Source: Bacillales bacterium
Lineage (GTDB): Bacteria; Bacillota_I; Bacilli_A; Izemoplasmatales; Izemoplasmataceae
Length of the DNA: 64,000 nt
Assembly (NCBI GenBank): GCA_041694275.1
Contig: JASMTQ010000042.1
Location: 1,812-65,811 of the forward strand
Direction of reading: 5' to 3'
The notes under the pieces were generated by a model. The model searched no databases and had not been told where the DNA came from. It saw only the letters and a list, made by a program, of their open reading frames with translations. Below, one piece after another: positions 11,816 to 21,952 of the stretch. The stretch's first letter is position 1. Each line of letters starts with the position of its first letter. The translations under genes and the position numbers were made by a program.

Positions 11816-12328
11816 ATGCAACGAAATCGTAAAAAACGCAGAAAAGACGAAGAGCAATTCGAAGAACGCGTTGTTAATATCAGCCGTGTAACAAAAGTTG
11901 TTAAAGGCGGACGTAACTTCCGTTTCAGCGCCTTGGTCGTTGTCGGAGACAAAAAAGGCAAAGTCGGTTTTGGTACCGGTAAAGCCCAGGAAGTCCCAGA
12001 CGCAATCAAGAAGGCTATCGAAGTTGCTAAAAAGAGTATGGTCAAAGTACCGATGTATGGTGCAACCATTCCTCATGAAATCACAGGCATTCACGATGGA
12101 GGAGAGGTCTACTTGAAACCGGCCGTTGAAGGTACCGGTGTTATCGCCGGTGGACCAGTACGTGCCGTACTAGAGGCCGCAGGTGTGGCGGACATCCTCA
12201 GTAAATCCATCGGTTCTGATTCTCCTATCAATATCGTACGTGCGACCATGGACGCTATTTCACAGCTCCGTACAGCAGAACAGGTCGCCCGCACCAGAGG
12301 CAAAACCGCCAAGGAGATTTTGAGCTAA
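11816..12328 (+). CDS. rpsE: 30S ribosomal protein S5
   Basis: Contains the [22 protein letters not shown] motif. Confidence 0.98.
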   Translation: MQRNRKKRRKDEEQFEERVVNISRVTKVVKGGRNFRFSALVVVGDKKGKVGFGTGKAQEVPDAIKKAIEVAKKSMVKVPMYGATIPHEITGIHDGGEVYLKPAVEGTGVIAGGPVRAVLEAAGVADILSKSIGSDSPINIVRATMDAISQLRTAEQVARTRGKTAKEILS

Positions 12329-12507
12329 TGAAAACACTGGAAATCACACTTAAAAGAAGTCTCATTCAAACCACACCAAAACAAAGAGCCACTGCCAAAG
12401 CACTCGGACTGACCAAAGTCAACAAAACCGTTGTCAAGGAAGACAACGCAAGTATGCGTGGTATGCTCAGAATTATCAATCACTTAGTCAATATTGTCGA
12501 AAAATAG
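12328..12507 (+). CDS. rpmD: 50S ribosomal protein L30
   Basis: 59 aa, below the track cutoff, so I translated it by hand: [28 protein letters not shown]...IRGM-like. It has a TAATG overlap with rpsE and ends at TAG 12505-12507. Confidence 0.93.
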   Translation: MKTLEITLKRSLIQTTPKQRATAKALGLTKVNKTVVKEDNASMRGMLRIINHLVNIVEK

Positions 12508-12518
12508 GAGGTACCCAT

Positions 12519-12959
12519 ATGAAATTACATGATTTGAAGCCGACGCCAGGGTCTACTAAGAACCGCAAACGTGTCGGACGCGGTATGTCCAGTGGCCACG
12601 GAAAAACTTCCGGTAGCGGTCACAAAGGGCAAAAAGCGCGTTCAGGTAACAGCTTGCGTATGGACTTTGAAGGTGGACAAACCCCTCTTTACAAACGTTT
12701 CAGAAAGACGGGCTTCACCAATCCAAACCGCAAACAGTATGCGACGGTAAATGTCGAACGGTTAAACGCCTATCCCGACAATACTACCATCACACCGGAT
12801 CTCCTTCTTAAAGATCGTCACGTTTCCAAAGCCAAACACGGCGTCAAGATTCTTGGAAACGGCGAACTTAAGAAAAAGATCACAGTTAAAGCGCATAAAT
12901 TTACGGCATCCGCCGAAGAGAAAATCAAAGCAGCCGGTGGAACCACCGAGGTGATTTAA
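12519..12959 (+). CDS. rplO: 50S ribosomal protein L15
   Basis: N-terminus [22 protein letters not shown]. Confidence 0.98.
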   Translation: MKLHDLKPTPGSTKNRKRVGRGMSSGHGKTSGSGHKGQKARSGNSLRMDFEGGQTPLYKRFRKTGFTNPNRKQYATVNVERLNAYPDNTTITPDLLLKDRHVSKAKHGVKILGNGELKKKITVKAHKFTASAEEKIKAAGGTTEVI

Positions 12960-14266
12960 TGGATACGATCAAAGCGGTATTCAAAAACAAAAGTCTCATG
13001 AAAAAGATTCTTTTCACATTGATGGCCTTTTTGATTTACAGGGCAGCTACTTACATTCACATGCCGCTGATCAATTCAGAGGAAATCACTCAGTTCTTTG
13101 AAGGACAAGGTGGCTTCTTAGGCATTATGGATGCATTTACCGGGAACGCACTGTCGAACTATTCGATTATCGCTCTAGGTATAAGCCCATATATCACAGC
13201 GTCCATCGTCATGCAGCTACTTAAGATGGACATCGTTCCACTTTTCAAAGAGTGGAGTGAAGAAGGCGAAACAGGAAAACAGAAGCTTTCACAGGTTACC
13301 CGTTATCTCGCACTCAGCTTGGCATTCGTCCAGGCGATGGGAATGACTTACGGGTTCGCCCTTACAGGCAACGCCATCTTCGATATCGGAGTTGAAGCCA
13401 ACTTCCTTACCTACACGTATCTTGCGCTTGTCATGACTGCAGGAACCGCATTCTTACTTTGGCTCGCCGATCAGATTACCCTCAAAGGGATCGGAAACGG
13501 CACATCAATGATCATCGTAGCGGGAATCGTCTCTGGTCTTCCAAGCATGTTCACCACGCTTTTTGGTGAATACGTAACCGCAGATGGCAGCGACGTATCA
13601 AGTTATTCAATCTTCGCCGTTGTCGTGCTTCTTTATTTGCTGGTGCTTATCGGTGTTACCATCATGCAATCCGCAGCACGCAAAATTCCAATTCAGTATT
13701 CAAACCGTCCAACATCATCAAAATTCCAAGGGAAATCGGATTCTTCCATTCCCCTTAAAATCAACTCTGCCGGTGTTATTCCGGTTATCTTCGCGGTCAC
13801 AATTCTAAGTCTTCCACAAACCCTTCTGAATTTCCTGCCGCAACTTCAAGGCACTACCACCGGTATTTGGCTCAATGAGATTTTCAATTACCAAAGACCA
13901 CTCGGTTACGTAGTCTACGCCTTGCTCATCATCGTATTTACGTTCTTCTATTCATTCGTACAGATCAACCCGGACAAGATTTCTGACAACCTTCAGAAAC
14001 AAAACGCCTATATTCCAGGTGTGCGTCCAGGGGTGGAAACGGAAAACTACATTTCCAAACTGCTTTTCAAAATCACCGTAGTGGGCGCACTCTACTTGCT
14101 GGTAGTCGCATCCCTTCCGATTTTCACAGCCATTATTTTTGATCTTCCTACTTATGTACAAGTCGGCGGAACTTCTCTGCTCATCGTCGTTGGTGTGGCA
14201 CTTCAAACCACCAAACAGATCAAAACCGATGTTCAGGGTAAAAGTTACAGCGGCTTCATCAGATAA
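12959..14266 (+). CDS. secY: preprotein translocase subunit SecY
   Basis: 435 aa polytopic membrane protein at the canonical spc-operon position. Confidence 0.97.
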   Translation: MDTIKAVFKNKSLMKKILFTLMAFLIYRAATYIHMPLINSEEITQFFEGQGGFLGIMDAFTGNALSNYSIIALGISPYITASIVMQLLKMDIVPLFKEWSEEGETGKQKLSQVTRYLALSLAFVQAMGMTYGFALTGNAIFDIGVEANFLTYTYLALVMTAGTAFLLWLADQITLKGIGNGTSMIIVAGIVSGLPSMFTTLFGEYVTADGSDVSSYSIFAVVVLLYLLVLIGVTIMQSAARKIPIQYSNRPTSSKFQGKSDSSIPLKINSAGVIPVIFAVTILSLPQTLLNFLPQLQGTTTGIWLNEIFNYQRPLGYVVYALLIIVFTFFYSFVQINPDKISDNLQKQNAYIPGVRPGVETENYISKLLFKITVVGALYLLVVASLPIFTAIIFDLPTYVQVGGTSLLIVVGVALQTTKQIKTDVQGKSYSGFIR

Positions 14267-14277
14267 AGGAGGGCGAC

Positions 14278-14928
14278 ATGAAAATTTTGCTAATGGGCCC
14301 TCCAGGCGCTGGAAAAGGCTCACAGGCCGAGCGCTTGATCAAGGAATACGACCTTACGCATATCTCCACGGGAGAGATGTTCAGGGAATCCTTTAGACGT
14401 GGTGAAACCATCGGAATCGAAGCGATGAAGTACATCAAGAACGGCAATCTCGTCTCTGACGACATTACCAACGAGATTGTACGCAAACGCCTCTTTGAAG
14501 ATGGCGATACCAAAAACGTCTTGCTGGATGGCTATCCAAGAACAGTCAAGCAGGCTCAGGCACTTGATCGTATGCTTGGTGAAATGAATTCCAATCTTAC
14601 TGCGGTTATCAATATCGTGGTCGACAAGGATGTCATTTTGGAACGCATGGTCGGTCGTCGTGTATGCAAGGATTGCGGACAGACCTACCATACCACGTTC
14701 AAACCCCCAAAAGTGGAAGGTATTTGCGACGTGTGTGGTGGCGAACTTTATCAAAGACAGGATGACAAGCCTGAAAGTGTCCGTAATCGTCTAAGCATCT
14801 ATGAATCGAAAACGAAGCCCATCATTGACTACTATAAAGGACGGGGCGTCCTGGTCAATATCAACGGCATGCAGTCTTTTGAGGCCGTGTATCGCGATAT
14901 TGTGAAAGCTGTGGGTGAACTGTCATGA
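14278..14928 (+). CDS. adk: adenylate kinase (zinc-lid type)
   Basis: P-loop [10 protein letters not shown] and lid cysteines CKDCG...CDVCG. Confidence 0.97.
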   Translation: MKILLMGPPGAGKGSQAERLIKEYDLTHISTGEMFRESFRRGETIGIEAMKYIKNGNLVSDDITNEIVRKRLFEDGDTKNVLLDGYPRTVKQAQALDRMLGEMNSNLTAVINIVVDKDVILERMVGRRVCKDCGQTYHTTFKPPKVEGICDVCGGELYQRQDDKPESVRNRLSIYESKTKPIIDYYKGRGVLVNINGMQSFEAVYRDIVKAVGELS

Positions 14929-15674
14929 TTTCAAGAAAATCGAATAGAGAAATTGATTTGATGAAAGAAGCCGGCCGCATTGTCGCTGTTGCGCACAAAG
15001 CGGTCAAGGACATGGTAAAACCCGGTATAACCACGGCTGATATCGATCAGCTTGTGGAGAAGATAGTGAGAGACCATGACGCAATACCGTCATTCAAAGG
15101 CTATGGAGGGTTCCCAGGAAGCGCCTGTACTTCGATTAACGAAGAAGTCGTGCATGGCATCCCTTCAAAAAAGCGAGTCCTAAAAGAAGGCGACATTGTC
15201 AAAGTCGACATTGGCGCTGACTACAAAGGCTATCACGGGGATTCTGCCTGGACCTACCCTGTTGGAAAAATTTCCAAAGAGGCTCAGGATCTCTTGGACG
15301 CAACAGAAGCGAGCCTGTTTGCGGGCCTGGCAGAAATCAAGGCGGGCAAACGACTCTCTGATATTTCACACGCCGTTCAGGCGTATGCGGAATCAAAAGG
15401 CTACAGTGTCGTGCGTGAATTCGTCGGACACGGAGTCGGAAGAAAGCTCCATGAAGATCCACAAATCCCGAACTACGGACCCGCGGGCAAAGGTCCGGTA
15501 TTAAAAACGGGAATGACCCTCGCCATCGAGCCCATGATCAACAGTGGCCGCAAGGAAGTCGAAGTTCAAAGCGACGAATGGACCGCTGTCACACAAGATG
15601 GATCACTTAGTGCCCACTTTGAACATACCATTCTGGTAACTGAAGAGTCATACTTGATTCTAACCGCGCTTTAA
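14925..15674 (+). CDS. map: type I methionine aminopeptidase
   Basis: ATGA overlap with adk. MetAP-like sequence ([27 protein letters not shown]). Confidence 0.96.
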   Translation: MISRKSNREIDLMKEAGRIVAVAHKAVKDMVKPGITTADIDQLVEKIVRDHDAIPSFKGYGGFPGSACTSINEEVVHGIPSKKRVLKEGDIVKVDIGADYKGYHGDSAWTYPVGKISKEAQDLLDATEASLFAGLAEIKAGKRLSDISHAVQAYAESKGYSVVREFVGHGVGRKLHEDPQIPNYGPAGKGPVLKTGMTLAIEPMINSGRKEVEVQSDEWTAVTQDGSLSAHFEHTILVTEESYLILTAL

Positions 15675-15688
15675 AGGAGGAACAGAGC

Positions 15689-15907
15689 ATGGCAAAAGAA
15701 GAAAAAATCGAGATGGAAGGCAAAATAGTAGAGGCTCTGCCAAATACTGAATTTTTGGTGGAACTTGAAAACGGCCATACCGTCAAGGCTCACGTTTCGG
15801 GTAAAATCCGTATGTATTACATACGCATTCTACCTGGCGACAAAGTAACGGTGGAACTCTCACCATACGATTTAACACGTGGGCGTATCACCTACCGACA
15901 CAAGTAG
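15689..15907 (+). CDS. infA: translation initiation factor IF-1
   Basis: 72 aa, [19 protein letters not shown]...RITYR. Confidence 0.97.
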   Translation: MAKEEKIEMEGKIVEALPNTEFLVELENGHTVKAHVSGKIRMYYIRILPGDKVTVELSPYDLTRGRITYRHK

Positions 15908-15947
15908 TGTGTCATCCATTTAACGCTCCAAAGGAGGATTATCAAAC

Positions 15948-16061
15948 ATGAAAGTAAGACCATCGGTAAAAAAAATGTGCGACAAATGCAAAATCGTGAA
16001 ACGCAAAGGCAAAGTCATGGTCATTTGCGACAATCCAAAACATAAACAAAGACAAGGTTAA
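15948..16061 (+). CDS. rpmJ: 50S ribosomal protein L36
   Basis: 37 aa, not in the ORF track, translated by hand: [45 protein letters not shown] upstream. Confidence 0.95.
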   Translation: MKVRPSVKKMCDKCKIVKRKGKVMVICDNPKHKQRQG

Positions 16062-16075
16062 TAGGAGGTGCTCAT

Positions 16076-16441
16076 ATGGCACGTATCGCAGGAATAGACG
16101 TTCCCAGAGACAAACGTATTGTCATTTCCCTGACTTATATTTACGGAATCGGGAAAAGTCTCGCTGAAAAAATACTAAACGACGCCGAAGTATCACTCGA
16201 TACTCGCGTTAAGGATCTAACTGACGAAGAACTCACTCGTATTCGTGAGAGAGTTGCTAAAACCAAAGTTGAAGGGGATCTCCGTCGTGAGGTTTCACTC
16301 AACATCAAACGACTACAGGAAATCGGAAGCTACCGAGGCATGCGTCATCGCCGCAATCTTCCAACACGCGGACAAAAAACAAGAAACAACGCGCGTACCC
16401 GTAAAGGGCCAGCTAAAACTGTAGCCAAGAAAAAGAAATAG
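16076..16441 (+). CDS. rpsM: 30S ribosomal protein S13
   Basis: N-terminus [14 protein letters not shown]. Confidence 0.98.
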   Translation: MARIAGIDVPRDKRIVISLTYIYGIGKSLAEKILNDAEVSLDTRVKDLTDEELTRIRERVAKTKVEGDLRREVSLNIKRLQEIGSYRGMRHRRNLPTRGQKTRNNARTRKGPAKTVAKKKK

Positions 16442-16453
16442 GAGGAGAGCAAT

Positions 16454-16840
16454 ATGGCACGTAGAGCTAGAAGTAAAAAACGCACAAGGAAGAACATACC
16501 TTCCGGAGTTGCGCACATCCACTCAACTTTCAACAATACGATTGTGACCATCACTGACCCAAGCGGGAACGCAATCGCGTGGACAAGTGCTGGCGCTCTC
16601 GGATTCAAAGGTAGCCGTAAATCCACACCTTACGCTGCACAAATTTCAAGTGAAGCTTGTGCAAAAGCCGCTATGGAACATGGTGTTCAACGCGTAGAAG
16701 TTTCCGTCAAAGGCCCAGGGCCTGGACGTGAAGCCGCAATCCGTTCTTTGCAGACTGCAGGACTTGAAATCACAGCCATCAAAGACGAAACCCCAGTCCC
16801 TCACAACGGATGTCGTCCACCAAAACGACCTCGTGGCTAG
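16454..16840 (+). CDS. rpsK: 30S ribosomal protein S11
   Basis: Contains [18 protein letters not shown] and C-terminal [11 protein letters not shown]. Confidence 0.98.
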   Translation: MARRARSKKRTRKNIPSGVAHIHSTFNNTIVTITDPSGNAIAWTSAGALGFKGSRKSTPYAAQISSEACAKAAMEHGVQRVEVSVKGPGPGREAAIRSLQTAGLEITAIKDETPVPHNGCRPPKRPRG

Positions 16841-16870
16841 TGTAAATAAATATACAAGGAGGTTGTTCAT

Positions 16871-17821
16871 TTGAAAGATCTTAAATTTGAAAAACCGGAG
16901 ACAAAAATCGTTGAAGACGGAAAGACCAAAGGGACATTTGAAATTTCTCCGCTTGAACGCGGATATGGTGTCACTCTTGGGAATGCACTGAGACGCGTGC
17001 TCCTTTCGAGCCTGCCAGGTGCAGCCATCATCAACTGTCAAATCGACGGGGTTCAACATGAATTCACCTCGATTGACGGTGTCGTGGAAGACGTTACAAC
17101 CATAGTGTTGAACCTTAAAGACGTCATCTTGAACATCGACAGCGAGGACACGGATGTTGAAAAAGAACTTGAAATCGATATTCAGGGTCCTGCCAACGTC
17201 ACAGCATCCGACATTAAAGCGGATCATGAAGTGACTATCATCAATGGTGATCAACACATTGCGACTGTTAATGAAGGTGAAACCTTCCGCATGGTCATGA
17301 GCGCACGCAAAGGCGTGGGTTATGTGAGTGCTGAAAAGAACAAAGCCTACAACAAAATGGTCGGCATCATTCCCATTGACAGCATCTACACCCCTGTACA
17401 ACGCGTAAAATACGACGTGGAAAAAACCCGTGTCGAAGAGAGCGCCGATTTCGACAAACTGACAATGGAAATTGAAACCAATGGGGCAACCACCCCAAAA
17501 GAAGCGCTTGGCGTTGCCGCGAAAATGATGATGAGTCATCTTGAACTCGTGGTTGAATTATCCCAAAAAGCGCAAGAAGAAGAATATATGGTTGAACGGG
17601 AATCCGAACAGAATTCCCAGATCTTGGAAATGCAAATCGAAGATCTAGATCTATCCGTAAGAAGCTATAACTGCTTGAAACGCGCCGGTATCAACACCGT
17701 CGAAGAGTTGACTGAAAAAACCGAGGAAGACATGATGAAAGTCAGAAATCTTGGTAAGAAGTCACTCAAGGAAGTCAAACAGAAGCTCGAAGATCTCGAC
17801 CTTTCACTTGCAAAACACTAA
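16871..17821 (+). CDS. rpoA: DNA-directed RNA polymerase subunit alpha
   Basis: TTG start 8 nt after GGAGG. PLERGYGVTLGNALRRVLLSSLPGAA motif. Confidence 0.97.
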   Translation: MKDLKFEKPETKIVEDGKTKGTFEISPLERGYGVTLGNALRRVLLSSLPGAAIINCQIDGVQHEFTSIDGVVEDVTTIVLNLKDVILNIDSEDTDVEKELEIDIQGPANVTASDIKADHEVTIINGDQHIATVNEGETFRMVMSARKGVGYVSAEKNKAYNKMVGIIPIDSIYTPVQRVKYDVEKTRVEESADFDKLTMEIETNGATTPKEALGVAAKMMMSHLELVVELSQKAQEEEYMVERESEQNSQILEMQIEDLDLSVRSYNCLKRAGINTVEELTEKTEEDMMKVRNLGKKSLKEVKQKLEDLDLSLAKH

Positions 17822-17836
17822 TAGGAGGTTTTTCCC

Positions 17837-18196
17837 ATGGCTACATATCGCAAACTGAATCGCAGAAGCGACCAACGCAAAGCGATGCTGCGTGATCTTG
17901 TAACGCAACTCATCATTCATGAGAGCATCAAGACCACTGAAGCGAAAGCCAAAGAACTGAGCAGACTCATGGACAAAATGATCACGCTTGGTAAAAAAGG
18001 CACGCTTGAAGCACGCAAACGCGCTGCGCAAACCGTCCGCTTCATTGATACAGAAGCTAACCAGAACGCACTACAAAAACTGTTCGACGATATCGCGAAC
18101 CGTTATCAAGACCGTCAAGGCGGTTATACACGTACCATGAAACTCGGTCCCCGTCGTGGGGATGCGACTGAAATGGTCGTCATCGAACTTGTTTAA
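17837..18196 (+). CDS. rplQ: 50S ribosomal protein L17
   Basis: [18 protein letters not shown]; last gene of the alpha operon. Confidence 0.98.
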   Translation: MATYRKLNRRSDQRKAMLRDLVTQLIIHESIKTTEAKAKELSRLMDKMITLGKKGTLEARKRAAQTVRFIDTEANQNALQKLFDDIANRYQDRQGGYTRTMKLGPRRGDATEMVVIELV

Positions 18197-18207
18197 TGAT
18201 TATTAAA

Positions 18208-18231
18208 AGCGGGCTAATCGCTCGCTTTTTT
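18208..18231 (+). terminator. intrinsic terminator after rplQ
   Basis: AGCGGGC-taatc-GCTCGCT followed by TTTTT. Confidence 0.7.
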
Positions 18232-18301
18232 AATATAATATTATCAAATGAGGCCATTATTTGATATAATGGATACGCTTTTGGGAGATGATATTTTGGA
18301 C

Positions 18302-19102
18302 ATGATAGAAATAAAAAATCTGGGTTTTTCCTATCAGGAGGACGACGTGGCGTTAAGTGACGTCTCTTTTAACGTGGAAAAAGGTGAATGGCTCACCATA
18401 CTCGGGCACAACGGAAGTGGAAAATCCACACTTTCAAAACTTCTCGTGGGTCTTTTGAAGCCCTCTACTGGCTCCGTTAAGGTTGATGGTAAACTGCTTA
18501 GCGAAGATACGGTTTACGATATTAGAAAGAAAATCGGTATTGTCTTTCAAAACCCTGACAATCAGTTTGTCGGAGTCACCGTCAAGGACGACATCGCCTT
18601 TGGGCTTGAAAACCTCCAGGTTCCAAGAGAAGACATGCTAAAGAGAATCGAGGAATACGCTGAACGTGTGGATATGAGTGAGTTTCTGGAAAAAGAACCT
18701 CAGGCACTTTCAGGCGGACAGAAACAGCGTGTTGCGATTGCGGGCATTCTTGCGATGCAGACGGATGTGATCATTTTTGATGAAGCAACCGCCATGCTTG
18801 ATCCCAAAGGACGTAAAACAATTCTCAAATATATTGAAAAATTGAATGATGAGGGCGTTACCGTCATCACCATTACCCATGATATGAGAGAAGCCGTGCT
18901 CAGTGACCGCATTCTCGTATTGAAGGAAGGCTCCGTTTTAAAACTTGGACCAACAAAGGATATACTTCTTGATAAAGATACACTCGAAAGTTCAAATCTG
19001 GAATTGCTTCTTCCCCTGGAAGTCATGCACACGCTTGAACAGAAAAATATCATTAACCCCAAACTAAAGGAGTTTTTATGGCAATTAAGTTTGAACACGT
19101 AA
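18302..19102 (+). CDS. ecfA1: ECF transporter ATPase component A1
   Basis: Walker A GHNGSGKST, signature LSGGQKQR, Walker B IIFDEAT. The start is uncertain; the ORF is open from 18248 and TTG 18295 is also possible. Confidence 0.9.
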   Translation: MIEIKNLGFSYQEDDVALSDVSFNVEKGEWLTILGHNGSGKSTLSKLLVGLLKPSTGSVKVDGKLLSEDTVYDIRKKIGIVFQNPDNQFVGVTVKDDIAFGLENLQVPREDMLKRIEEYAERVDMSEFLEKEPQALSGGQKQRVAIAGILAMQTDVIIFDEATAMLDPKGRKTILKYIEKLNDEGVTVITITHDMREAVLSDRILVLKEGSVLKLGPTKDILLDKDTLESSNLELLLPLEVMHTLEQKNIINPKLKEFLWQLSLNT

Positions 19103-19941
19103 GCCATCAATACAAAAGCATCGACAACAAGGGATATCTTGCCTTGAACAATGTCAACCTCTCCATTGAGAATACAGGGGAATTCATTACGCTGATTGGA
19201 GAAACGGGAAGTGGGAAAAGTACGCTCGTTCAACATATGAACGCGCTTTTGAAACCTTCAAAAGGATTTGTGGATATTTTTGGTGTTAAAATCCATTCAA
19301 CCGCAAAAGAAAACAAAAATGTCAAATTCAATCCGATAAGAAAACAGGTCGGACTCGTATTTCAGTTTCCTGAATATCAACTCTTTGAAGAAACGGTCGA
19401 AAAAGACATCATGTTCGGCCCAAAAAACTATGGTGTTTCTGAAAAAGAAGCGAAAAAAAGAGCACGTGAAGCCATTGACACGGTCGGACTGGACGAAAGT
19501 TATCTTTCACGCAGTCCTTTCAATCTGAGCGGTGGTGAAAAAAAACGCGTAAGCATCGCGGGCATACTCGCAATGGAACCTGACATCCTCATCCTCGATG
19601 AACCGACAAGCGGACTTGATCCAATGGGGCGTGACGCGTTGCTTGAAGTCTTTTATGATATTCACACCCGTCTTGACAAAACCGTCATCATCATTACCCA
19701 CGATATGAACACCGTTTATGAGTATGCGAAGAGAGTCCTCGTGATGCGAGAAGGGGTTCTCGTATACGATGGCGATCCCGTGAAACTGTTTTCGCGCAAG
19801 AACATTGAAAACTGGAATCTCGACGTCCCGGACATCATTCAATTGAAGCATCACCTTGAAACAAATTTCGACATGGACCTTAGTGGAACCATCCGAAATA
19901 AAAAGGCATTGCTCAAACGCCTTGAGGAGGTGCTTTCATGA
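19078..19941 (+). CDS. ecfA2: ECF transporter ATPase component A2
   Basis: GETGSGKST, LSGGEKKR, LILDEPT. Overlaps ecfA1. Confidence 0.93.
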   Translation: MAIKFEHVSHQYKSIDNKGYLALNNVNLSIENTGEFITLIGETGSGKSTLVQHMNALLKPSKGFVDIFGVKIHSTAKENKNVKFNPIRKQVGLVFQFPEYQLFEETVEKDIMFGPKNYGVSEKEAKKRAREAIDTVGLDESYLSRSPFNLSGGEKKRVSIAGILAMEPDILILDEPTSGLDPMGRDALLEVFYDIHTRLDKTVIIITHDMNTVYEYAKRVLVMREGVLVYDGDPVKLFSRKNIENWNLDVPDIIQLKHHLETNFDMDLSGTIRNKKALLKRLEEVLS

Positions 19942-20906
19942 AGGTTGTCATCGGAAGATACGTTCCTGGATCAGGCTTCTTTTACGATATGGATCCCAGG
20001 ACTAAAATCATTGCGCTTGCGTTGCTCATGGTAGCGACATTTCTGATTGACAGTTTCTATTTGATGCTCATGGCGATTGGGCTTATCGTGATACTCATGA
20101 TTGCCGGACGCATTGGTATCAAACGTGTATACATGGGTCTGAGACCTCTAATGTTTCTCCTCGTATTCACGTTCGTTTTTCAGGTGCTTTTCAACCGTCA
20201 GGGCGAGGTGCTTCTTGAACGTACTGTCTACTATTCCCCGTTGTCTTTTGCAGTTGCGGCCGCACTTGTTGGGGTTTGGCTTTTTACCAAGAAATACACA
20301 CGGTTCAAACTGTTTTATTTTCTCGCAGTGGTAGTGGGACTATATTATATATTCACCGAGCTTGGAAACGTTAGCCCGTTTGGGACCGGCACGCTTTCAG
20401 TTTATGAAGAAGGCCTTACCATGGCGGCATTCATCATGCTGAGACTTATCATCATTGTGACCCTGTCAACAATTCTGACGATTACGACCAAACCGACCGA
20501 CTTGAATCTCGGGCTTGAACACGTATTAAAACCCTTGAAAGTATTTAAAATAAACACAGAAGACATCGCGATGATCATATCCATCAGTCTTCGCTATATA
20601 CCAACGCTGCTTGATGAAGCGAACAAGATTATGCTTGCCCAGGCAAGCAGAGGCGTGGATTTCAAAGAAGGAAAACTGAAAGACAAGGTTATGCAGATTG
20701 TTTCTCTGCTTGTTCCGATGTTCATCATTTCATTCAAAAGAAGCGATGAACTGGCGAATGCGATGGAGGCACGTTCTTTTCAACCAGGCGCGTTGCGGAC
20801 CCGTTTGCATGTGCTTTCGTGGAAAACCATTGATACTCTTACAATATCCATCGCATTTCTTGCCCTCTTTGTCAGTATCGCATTGAGGATTTGGCCATGG
20901 ATTTAA
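19938..20906 (+). CDS. ecfT: ECF transporter transmembrane component T (long form)
   Basis: ATGA overlap with ecfA2. Has the conserved coupling-helix region (ARSF motif in NAMEARSFQ) and sits at the rplQ-ecfAAT-truA synteny position. Confidence 0.9.
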   Translation: MKVVIGRYVPGSGFFYDMDPRTKIIALALLMVATFLIDSFYLMLMAIGLIVILMIAGRIGIKRVYMGLRPLMFLLVFTFVFQVLFNRQGEVLLERTVYYSPLSFAVAAALVGVWLFTKKYTRFKLFYFLAVVVGLYYIFTELGNVSPFGTGTLSVYEEGLTMAAFIMLRLIIIVTLSTILTITTKPTDLNLGLEHVLKPLKVFKINTEDIAMIISISLRYIPTLLDEANKIMLAQASRGVDFKEGKLKDKVMQIVSLLVPMFIISFKRSDELANAMEARSFQPGALRTRLHVLSWKTIDTLTISIAFLALFVSIALRIWPWI

Positions 20907-21898
20907 AGTTCAAAGAGGCTTTCGAAAACAAAGACAGGGAATCGTTGGACAGGATGCTTCACAAAGACATCGTGATGAGACGTGCTGATGGCTCAACGGC
21001 TCATGGTGTTTCAGGTGTACTGACTGCATTGGTTGAAGAATGTTTTCCCAGTATCAGGCATATGGAATCCTATGAAAATCTGACACTTGTTCAATTTGAA
21101 AACACCCTTGCCATGAAGCTTAAATACAGAAACGGACTTATTTCAAGACTTTATCTCGATCATATCAACGAAGCTTATAAACGCATCCGGGTCGATGTAT
21201 CCTACGATGGCACCCTTTATCATGGTTTTCAGCGACAAAAGCACAAGGAAACCGTTCAAGGCACCATTGAGAAAGTCTTGAATCACCTTACTAATGAATC
21301 CATCACCATTACACCTTCAGGTCGCACCGACAAAGGTGTCCACGCTTTGAAACAGGTTTTTCATTTTGATACGCAGTCACCCTTGAGTCCCAAAAGACTT
21401 GAATCGCTTATGAATAGAATGCTTCCTGCAGACATCGTTGTCAAAAGCGCAACGGTTGTACCAGCACTGTTTCATGCTCGCTTTGACGTTAGAAAAAAAG
21501 TCTATCACTACAGAATCACGCATAAGAAAGACGCTTTTAAAGCACACTACGCACTTTATCATGCCCCCTTGGATTTAGGAATGTTCAATGCCATATTGCG
21601 ACAGTTCGAAGGGTTGCATGATTTCTCCGGGTTCACAAGAAAAAACGCCCACGCCATGACCTGGCGCAGTGTACGTACCTGCAAGGCCATTCAAGTGGAC
21701 GGTGAAACCATTGTGATCGTTGAATCTGAAGGGTTTTTAAGACACATGGTTCGATACATGGTTGGAACCGCTCTGCGAGATCTCGAAAAAGGGACTAAAG
21801 CGGTCGAATTGGCATTGAAACGTCCAAAGGATTCCCATGTCTATCTCGCACCTGCACAGGGCTTGAGCCTTCATGATGTGCATTATACATTAAATTAG
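20897..21898 (+). CDS. truA: tRNA pseudouridine(38-40) synthase TruA with ~95-aa N-terminal extension
   Basis: The TruA core begins at KRIRVDVSYDGTLYHGFQRQ and has the catalytic GRTDKGVHA. ATG 20897 lies 7 nt after GAGGA and overlaps the end of ecfT. Confidence 0.9.
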   Translation: MDLKFKEAFENKDRESLDRMLHKDIVMRRADGSTAHGVSGVLTALVEECFPSIRHMESYENLTLVQFENTLAMKLKYRNGLISRLYLDHINEAYKRIRVDVSYDGTLYHGFQRQKHKETVQGTIEKVLNHLTNESITITPSGRTDKGVHALKQVFHFDTQSPLSPKRLESLMNRMLPADIVVKSATVVPALFHARFDVRKKVYHYRITHKKDAFKAHYALYHAPLDLGMFNAILRQFEGLHDFSGFTRKNAHAMTWRSVRTCKAIQVDGETIVIVESEGFLRHMVRYMVGTALRDLEKGTKAVELALKRPKDSHVYLAPAQGLSLHDVHYTLN

Positions 21899-21930
21899 CG
21901 TGTTTTCAGATTTTTGAGAACACGTTTTCA
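21899..21930 (+). terminator. intrinsic terminator after truA
   Basis: CGTGTTTTC-N8-GAGAACACG (9 bp including one G-U pair) followed by TTTT. Confidence 0.7.
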
Positions 21931-21952
21931 TATTCGATACCGAGGTGAGAAG

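Noticed and set aside
11606-12094. 162-aa minus-strand ORF spanning the rplR/rpsE junction, plus many similar 60-130-aa antisense or off-frame ORFs throughout the ribosomal operons
   Set aside because: They overlap genes with near-certain assignments, lack SD sequences, and are packed too tightly to be expressed independently.
16646-17539. 297-aa ORF on the minus strand
   Set aside because: It lies entirely antisense to rpoA, whose product is unmistakable. It has no RBS and an odd composition rich in F, H, C and N. This is a typical shadow ORF.
18248-18301. Upstream extension of ecfA1 (MRPLFDIMDTLLGDDILD...)
   Set aside because: The extension is not part of the ABC ATPase fold, and MIEIKNLGFSY aligns with typical EcfA N-termini. 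ATG 18248 would sit 2 nt from the predicted TSS. I kept this as an uncertainty note on the feature only.
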